Shown: positions 56,244 to 64,000 of the stretch, piece by piece
How positions within the stretch are numbered: position 1 is the stretch's first letter
Layout of the letters: the number at the start of each line of letters is the position of its first letter
Assembly (NCBI RefSeq): GCF_000002075.1
Contig: NW_004797539.1
Coordinates: forward strand, 348,849 to 412,848
Direction of reading: 5' to 3'
DNA: 64,000 nucleotides
Source: Aplysia californica
Taxonomy: Eukaryota
The notes under the pieces: model-generated
What the model saw: the letters and a program-made list of their open reading frames with translations, nothing else
What the model was told of the DNA's origin: nothing
Databases searched by the model: none
Made by a program: the position numbers and the translations under genes

Positions 56244-59200
56244 ATGGCTGGACATGGAGTGAAACCACCACCTCTCAATCTTGATGATGTGAAAGCTTTT
56301 GACAAAAGAGGTCTTAGGAAGACAGAAACTACAGTTACTAATGCTGATGGATCTCGTGTGGTGGAAGGGAAGGATGAGGAGGGCACACTTTATCGGCGGC
56401 CATCGGAGTCAAGCTGTCATGGATTTGTCGTGGATACAGCAGAAGATTTGCAAGTTGCAGAAGTAGAAGAGGGCCTAATTATGGGTACGTTTCTCCTCTA
56501 TTTCTTTGTTTCCGTGAATAGTTTTTGTCAAGACTTTCAAATTTTATTATAATGCTTTTAGTCTCTATGCTAGAGAAGTGCAGCATTAGGTGATTTTGTG
56601 TAAAAATGTTGATATTTCTGTCCACAACAGTCATAATCCGTCATAAGACGCAATGTGCTATTTGGTGTTAAATTATTAGGTTCGAAAGGCAAAATAGTGA
56701 CTTTCCATGAATTTTTTGTTTTTTGGATCTCTTGAAAGTTTAATGTCTTCTGCTTCATTTAAGATAAAAATAAACTACTACAGTGGAGTCCACTTATAAC
56801 GAGTCCTGAAACAACGAGAAGTCTGTTATAAAGACACTATTGTAAAACCCCGTATTTTCTCCTTCTTTATCTTTGTAAAAAAAATACTGCTATTGCGCAA
56901 TCAGATCGTCACGCGAGTCGGTTATAACAGAATATTGCTGCTGCTGTGCACAGCGCACAGACCAATTAAACATGTTATAAAACCTTGCCAGTTGAGAAAG
57001 TTGTTGGTGATCTAGCGAAACAAAGAATGGGAGAGCCCACACGAACCAACAATGAAAGCCGAAGCGAATGAGTGGGGAGGGTGTGGCATGCGCAGACAAG
57101 CAGAACGCATCGCGTGATAGGCCAGCCCAGTCTAGATTCTAGGCATACCGTGCCTCTCACTTCTCTGGTGCGGGATGGAGTGGTCACAATGCTGTGATAG
57201 ATGAATGGAGTGAATGTGTGACGTGCACAAGCAGACGCAACGCACCACAGGGTGTGGTGGAGTAGGGGACAACACAACGGGCGAGTTAGCCTAGAGCCAG
57301 AGCCCCTTCTTTCTGATCACCAAGGCCGATTTGTCAACATTGCTAGTGCTAGAGAAAGAAACCTGATTCGATTTTTTTATCAAGTAAGACCTAGAGATTA
57401 TGTTGAACAAATCATCATTAGGAGAAATACAAAAAGGAATAAACAGAACGCCAAACTCAAAGATTAGGCCTAGTTTACTATTTCCCTTGAATTTATTACT
57501 GGATCCCTTGTAACGAGAATCCTGCTATAACGAACATTTCGCACCGGTCCCCTCCCTCTCGTTATAACAGGATTCCACTGTATAATCGACTGTGAATATT
57601 TTATTTTGATTTATTTTTTAGGTCTGTGTGTTGTTTGTTGTGAGCTTGGGTGACAGGATAAAGGAATTTGGACCTCAAACCCTTTCGATCATTTGACCTT
57701 CTGGAATGTAGTTGTGAAATTATATAAAACAGAACCCTTACCTCATGGCCACATTGCTTCAACGTCCTTTATTCGCCTCTATTTTTAATCCTTTTAGCCA
57801 TTTTCGAGCATGAATAGTCTGAAATATAAACGACTTAACGTCACTATGAATGACTCATCAGGACTCTGATTGGTTAAACGGAGTAAGAATGGTTACTCGT
57901 AGCCCGCTTCAAGCTTTTTTATGTAAACAGCTGACTGTGTAAGCGTGCCCTGCTTGCTCAGTTATGGGCTGTTGATCTTTCAGTTTTGCACTTTGATTGA
58001 CTGTAAAAGTTTGTTTTTATTGTGTTTTAGTGGGTTTTTTAAAAGACTGATATCTTCCTCTAGATCTCCAAAGGTGGATTCCTTACCAAGAGGCCACCGA
58101 GGCATCCATGTGTGTGTGTTTCTGTATGTTTGTGAAATTGTGTGTGTATTTGTGTGTGCATGTGTGTGTGTGTGTATGTGTGTGCACTCATGTGTTTATA
58201 GTACTATTGCAAACGTATAAGATGGGTAAACACGGCACGTAAAAGCTCGCGGACTTCCAGCACGTGGTTTCGGTGAAAACGAGGTAATTCAGATCCTTTT
58301 TTCTTTGCTCTTTCGCTATAACAGCACCAAATGCTGTACACCTTGAAAAAGTTAAGCTTTTTTTTTTTCGTTTCAATAGTGTAATTTGTTTCTTTTTCCG
58401 CGTATTTGGAGCTAGAGAATCGCCGTGGAAAGCGAAGACCTTCGCGGTCGGAATGTGAAGTCTGCCGGTTCAAAAAATTAACACCCATGCCTTGGAATGC
58501 TTTGAAGAAAGAGTGGTGATTAAATACCGTCTTTTCATTGGCAAACAACTTCTTTAGAGTTTTGAACTGGGCTTCACGTGGTATATTTTTGGCTTTTGGC
58601 GTTTAAATAGAAAGTCTTTAAAAATTGTACAAGTTTTCAAAGATCATTTTTAACTCGAATTATGTAAAATACCGAACAAAAAAAGTACCAATAGAAAGAT
58701 CAGTTCTTTTTCTATTAGAATAAAGTCATCGGTTTGGAATTATGTTACATTTGCATCATCCTTTCGCAAAACTCCTGGAAGTACTCAGTACACTACAGTC
58801 AGAACCAATTCGCTGGCCGCGGGGACCGGTGCGGCGCCGGCCGGGACAACACTCAGTGTTCTTTTTAAAATCGAAATAACGATGGATCATCGTGTTTGAG
58901 GCAATACAATACAGATTTGTTATGATCTCACAGTCTTGAAAAAAAAAATCTGGCTCCATTTCTATGTTATAGTGATTGTACTCTGTTAATGTCAAGATGT
59001 TTGGTGCACTTGGTACTCTTTATTATCTGTTAAACATGGGGTGGCATCCGGTTAGCGAATTTAGCAATATTCAATTATAATAATATTAAATTAAAACAGC
59101 CGCCATTTTAAAAAAAATTGAGTGAGAGGTAAACGTATGGAACCAAAATTTACAGGAGACACGGGCCTTTTATATGAAACAGATAAATTTGACCTACAGC

Positions 59201-60076
59201 TACTTTGAAAATGTAGTTTCTGGTACCTTGTAGGGCCTTCAATGCTAACCCGTTGTTGCATTTGAGGTGAAGATCATTCTCATTAAAATTTTGTTTTGTC
59301 TCTAAGCTTTTTTTCTGTCAATGAATCGTTTTCTACTTCTGTGTGTTACCTTGTAGTGGCGTAGCCAAGATAACTGCCAAATTTCAAGTCTATCTCAATT
59401 CTAATTAGACACCCGTCACTATGAAAACATGCTGTCAAACCTAAAAAATAAGTTAAGTACTTTCATTATTTTGAGTTCTGTTTCTTTACATTTGCTACCA
59501 TTTTTTTGTTTCATATTGTACAGGAATTGTACATAATGTTAGACTAGTTTCCCAGGATAAGTAGGCTGTATGGCCAACTAAAACTGCCTGAACAGTAAAC
59601 AAAATGTGTGATTTGTTAAAAGTCTGATTTACTGCTGCGTCCTGTTTAAATCCTTTTTTATACTGAAAGTAAAGCAATACTTAACAAAGGGACTTATTAT
59701 ATGCCTATTATTTCAGTCATATATTTTTTAGTAGCCTACACTTTAGAAACATCTCTTAACCTAGATTTGGCTAACTTAATCTTCTGGATTGTATTTGTTT
59801 AATCAAATTGAGAAATGAATATTCTATAACATGTTTTCACTTTCACACAGGGTTCTTTTTTATAATTATAATGGTAATAATAATAATCATAAATAACTTT
59901 AATAATAATGATAATAATCATAAATAATAACAATAACTATAATAATATGAATTTATATAATGCCTTATCCCTGGAAGACTCTAAGCTCTGTAAAATGCAG
60001 ATTTACCATTCAATATAACTGACAAATCAAAAGACAAAAAATGTACATTTTGAGACCAGTCAACAAAACACACACA

Positions 60077-60137
<61 letters not shown>

Positions 60138-62760
60138 GCCGCGCGCGCNNNNNNNNNNNNNNNNNNNNNNNNNNNNNNNNNNNNNNNNNNNNNNNNNNNN
60201 NNNNNNNNNNNNNNNNNNNNNNNNNNNNNNNNNNNNNNNNNNNNNNNNCAGGACTTGTTGTAAGTGGATTCCACTGTATAATCGACTGTGAATATTTTAT
60301 TTTGATTTATTTTTTAGGTCTGTGTGTTGTTTGTTGTGAGCTTGGGTGACAGGATAAAGGAATTTGGACCTCAAACCCTTTCGATCATTTGACCTTCTGG
60401 AATGTAGTTGTGAAATTATATAAAACAGAACCCTTACCTCATGGCCACATTGCTTCAACGTCCTTTATTCGCCTCTATTTTTAATCCTTTTAGCCATTTT
60501 CGAGCATGAATAGTCTGAAATATAAACGACTTAACGTCACTATGAATGACTCATCAGGACTCTGATTGGTTAAACGGAGTAAGAATGGTTACTCGTAGCC
60601 CGCTTCAAGCTTTTTTATGTAAACAGCTGACTGTGTAAGCGTGCCCTGCTTGCTCAGTTATGGGCTGTTGATCTTTCAGTTTTGCACTTTGATTGACTGT
60701 AAAAGTTTGTTTTTATTGTGTTTTAGTGGGTTTTTTAAAAGACTGATATCTTCCTCTAGATCTCCAAAGGTGGATTCCTTACCAAGAGGCCACCGAGGCA
60801 TCCATGTGTGTGTGTTTCTGTATGTTTGTGAAATTGTGTGTGTATTTGTGTGTGCATGTGTGTGTGTGTGTATGTGTGTGCACTCATGTGTTTATAGTAC
60901 TATTGCAAACGTATAAGATGGGTAAACACGGCACGTAAAAGCTCGCGGACTTCCAGCACGTGGTTTCGGTGAAAACGAGGTAATTCAGATCCTTTTTTCT
61001 TTGCTCTTTCGCTATAACAGCACCAAATGCTGTACACCTTGAAAAAGTTAAGCTTTTTTTTTTTCGTTTCAATAGTGTAATTTGTTTCTTTTTCCGCGTA
61101 TTTGGAGCTAGAGAATCGCCGTGGAAAGCGAAGACCTTCGCGGTCGGAATGTGAAGTCTGCCGGTTCAAAAAATTAACACCCATGCCTTGGAATGCTTTG
61201 AAGAAAGAGTGGTGATTAAATACCGTCTTTTCATTGGCAAACAACTTCTTTAGAGTTTTGAACTGGGCTTCACGTGGTATATTTTTGGCTTTTGGCGTTT
61301 AAATAGAAAGTCTTTAAAAATTGTACAAGTTTTCAAAGATCATTTTTAACTCGAATTATGTAAAATACCGAACAAAAAAAGTACCAATAGAAAGATCAGT
61401 TCTTTTTCTATTAGAATAAAGTCATCGGTTTGGAATTATGTTACATTTGCATCATCCTTTCGCAAAACTCCTGGAAGTACTCAGTACACTACAGTCAGAA
61501 CCAATTCGCTGGCCGCGGGGACCGGTGCGGCGCCGGCCGGGACAACACTCAGTGTTCTTTTTAAAATCGAAATAACGATGGATCATCGTGTTTGAGGCAA
61601 TACAATACAGATTTGTTATGATCTCACAGTCTTGAAAAAAAAAATCTGGCTCCATTTCTATGTTATAGTGATTGTACTCTGTTAATGTCAAGATGTTTGG
61701 TGCACTTGGTACTCTTTATTATCTGTTAAACATGGGGTGGCATCCGGTTAGCGAATTTAGCAATATTCAATTATAATAATATTAAATTAAAACAGCCGCC
61801 ATTTTAAAAAAAATTGAGTGAGAGGTAAACGTATGGAACCAAAATTTACAGGAGACACGGGCCTTTTATATGAAACAGATAAATTTGACCTACAGCTACT
61901 TTGAAAATGTAGTTTCTGGTACCTTGTAGGGCCTTCAATGCTAACCCGTTGTTGCATTTGAGGTGAAGATCATTCTCATTAAAATTTTGTTTTGTCTCTA
62001 AGCTTTTTTTCTGTCAATGAATCGTTTTCTACTTCTGTGTGTTACCTTGTAGTGGCGTAGCCAAGATAACTGCCAAATTTCAAGTCTATCTCAATTCTAA
62101 TTAGACACCCGTCACTATGAAAACATGCTGTCAAACCTAAAAAATAAGTTAAGTACTTTCATTATTTTGAGTTCTGTTTCTTTACATTTGCTACCATTTT
62201 TTTGTTTCATATTGTACAGGAATTGTACATAATGTTAGACTAGTTTCCCAGGATAAGTAGGCTGTATGGCCAACTAAAACTGCCTGAACAGTAAACAAAA
62301 TGTGTGATTTGTTAAAAGTCTGATTTACTGCTGCGTCCTGTTTAAATCCTTTTTTATACTGAAAGTAAAGCAATACTTAACAAAGGGACTTATTATATGC
62401 CTATTATTTCAGTCATATATTTTTTAGTAGCCTACACTTTAGAAACATCTCTTAACCTAGATTTGGCTAACTTAATCTTCTGGATTGTATTTGTTTAATC
62501 AAATTGAGAAATGAATATTCTATAACATGTTTTCACTTTCACACAGGGTTCTTTTTTATAATTATAATGGTAATAATAATAATCATAAATAACTTTAATA
62601 ATAATGATAATAATCATAAATAATAACAATAACTATAATAATATGAATTTATATAATGCCTTATCCCTGGAAGACTCTAAGCTCTGTAAAATGCAGATTT
62701 ACCATTCAATATAACTGACAAATCAAAAGACAAAAAATGTACATTTTGAGACCAGTCAAC

Positions 62761-62842
<82 letters not shown>

Positions 62843-63466
62843 CGCGCTCACGCACACACAAATGCACAACTTCCAGTTTCACACTTTGTCTCACATACAA
62901 AAAGTACTGGCAGAGAATAGGGTTAAATATGTTTAGCAAAGACTTTTTAAATTCCCTCTCTGATTACAATACTTTTGGGAAGAAATTAGAAATCTTAGGG
63001 GGCATGGGAAGATAAAGCAATTTTTGTTTTTTATCTTTTGTCTATCTTTTGTCTTCTCCTTTCAGGTTCTCAAGATGTAGCCCATGACTTTGAGACTCTG
63101 AAAAAGTTTGGTGTGACTCATATCCTCAACGTGGCCACAGGCGTGGAGAATTTATTCCCAAATCATTTTACGTATCAGACTCAAGAATTTCGCGATTTGC
63201 CTGAATTTCCAATCTTCCATGGCTTTGAAAAAGCCATCAACTTCATAGACGAAGGCCGCTCATCTGGAGGGTGTGTTCTTGTTCACTGCAATGCTGGGAT
63301 TTCCAGATCGGCGGCTATTGTCATGGCATACCTCATCACAAAGAACAAGATGTCTGTAAATGAATCATTTTCTTATCTCCGCTCAAAGAGACCCCCTACA
63401 TGTCCTAATCCAGGCTTCCTGATTCAGTTGCAGACTTTGTATGAATCACTCCATCCGAAAGAATAG
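56244..63466 (+). CDS. DUSP19: Dual specificity protein phosphatase 19 (SKRP1-like), 213 aa; coding exons 56244-56484 and 63066-63466
   Basis: ATG in accATGG context at 56244, donor G|GTACGT at 56485, acceptor ttcag at 63065; the phase-1 junction rebuilds IMGSQDVAHD. The catalytic HCNAGISRS, DLPE general-acid loop and CPNPGF motifs are present. The N-terminus (VKAFDKRGLRK...GFVVDTAEDLQV) aligns with human DUSP19. An acceptor at 56200 implies an upstream 5'UTR exon. Confidence 0.92.
56781..57580. mobile_element. Tc1/pogo-like MITE in the DUSP19 intron
   Basis: TA TSD; TIR cagtggagtccacttataacgag / ctcgttataacaggattccactg. Confidence 0.8.
57570..62840 (+). repeat. Near-identical direct duplication (57570-60136 vs 60266-62840, offset 2696) across a 100-N gap
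   Basis: Identical ORF translations at offset 2696 (57945/60641, 58204/60900, 58756/61452, 59495/62191). Both copies end in (CA)n. Confidence 0.92.
59871..59950 (+). repeat. (AAT)n-rich simple repeat (duplicate at 62567-62646); (CA)n tracts at 54353-54388, 60068-60135, 62764-62840
   Basis: Direct observation. Confidence 0.9.
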
Positions 63467-64000
63467 GTAGCAGATGAGTGTTCTAGCTAGATTATAACGC
63501 TATTGTGCTATCTTTCTCAACATGTTTCTGGTCTTTTGAGATAGTTAGCTCTAGAAGATTTGATAAGATACATTATATTTTATTAATCTCTCATTTGAAG
63601 AATTTGGCAGTGAGCTTTCACCATTTTCCCCAACACAAAATATATGAATAACATCATATCAACCTATCACATTCTCCCTCTGTCTCTCCCTGCCTCCCTC
63701 CCTTCATTGCTCCCTCCCTTCTTCCCTTCCTCCCTGCCTGGCTCCCTTCTCCCCTTTCTTGCTGTCTCTCTCTTTGTCTATCTATCTTTCACTCCCCCCC
63801 CCCTTTCTTCCAAACACATAGCTTGGTGACTCTACTGACAAACACCTAACATATATGAAATTTGATTTGAGGGTGATCACAACTTCTTTGGATGAAAATT
63901 ACATCGTTCATTTTGCTGTATGTAAAACAGATTTCCTAATTATTGAATGTAAATAATGGTACATCTTGTTGTCTCTTTACATCCTAGAAATGTGTACGTC

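Noticed and set aside
57622-57653. Alternative terminal exon giving a WH2-only DUSP19 isoform (ttttttag|gtctgtgt...tga)
   Set aside because: Only an acceptor-like sequence is present, with no supporting evidence, and it lies in the suspect duplicated region.

Overview
Eukaryotic (metazoan) genomic DNA, AT-rich, intron-rich and repeat-dense. The repeat landscape suggests a lophotrochozoan such as a gastropod mollusc (inference). Three protein-coding genes are supported. (1) The first coding exon of RPA3 lies on the minus strand at 165-260 and is absent from the ORF track. (2) A complete SNRNP200/Brr2 U5 snRNP helicase gene lies on the minus strand at 8361-53098: 46 exons are visible, all visible splice sites are GT/AG with consistent phases, one ~138-nt exon is inferred to sit in the 724-N gap, and the predicted protein is ~2143 aa. 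(3) DUSP19 lies on the plus strand at 56244-63466 (two coding exons, 213 aa), head-to-head with SNRNP200. Introns and intergenic DNA contain many MITEs (hAT-, piggyBac-, Kolobok- and Tc1/pogo-like), LINE fragments (RNase H-bearing, RTE, L2), tRNA-derived SINEs and microsatellites. A 2.7-kb duplication across a 100-N gap is probably an assembly artefact. Best leads: a beta-thymosin/WH2-like actin-binding motif at the DUSP19 N-terminus; a minisatellite built from copies of an SNRNP200 3' splice site; a short retro-element family inserted almost only in the sense orientation in SNRNP200 introns; and a MITE separating RPA3 from E2F/ETS-like sites. I found no convincing new multi-gene system.
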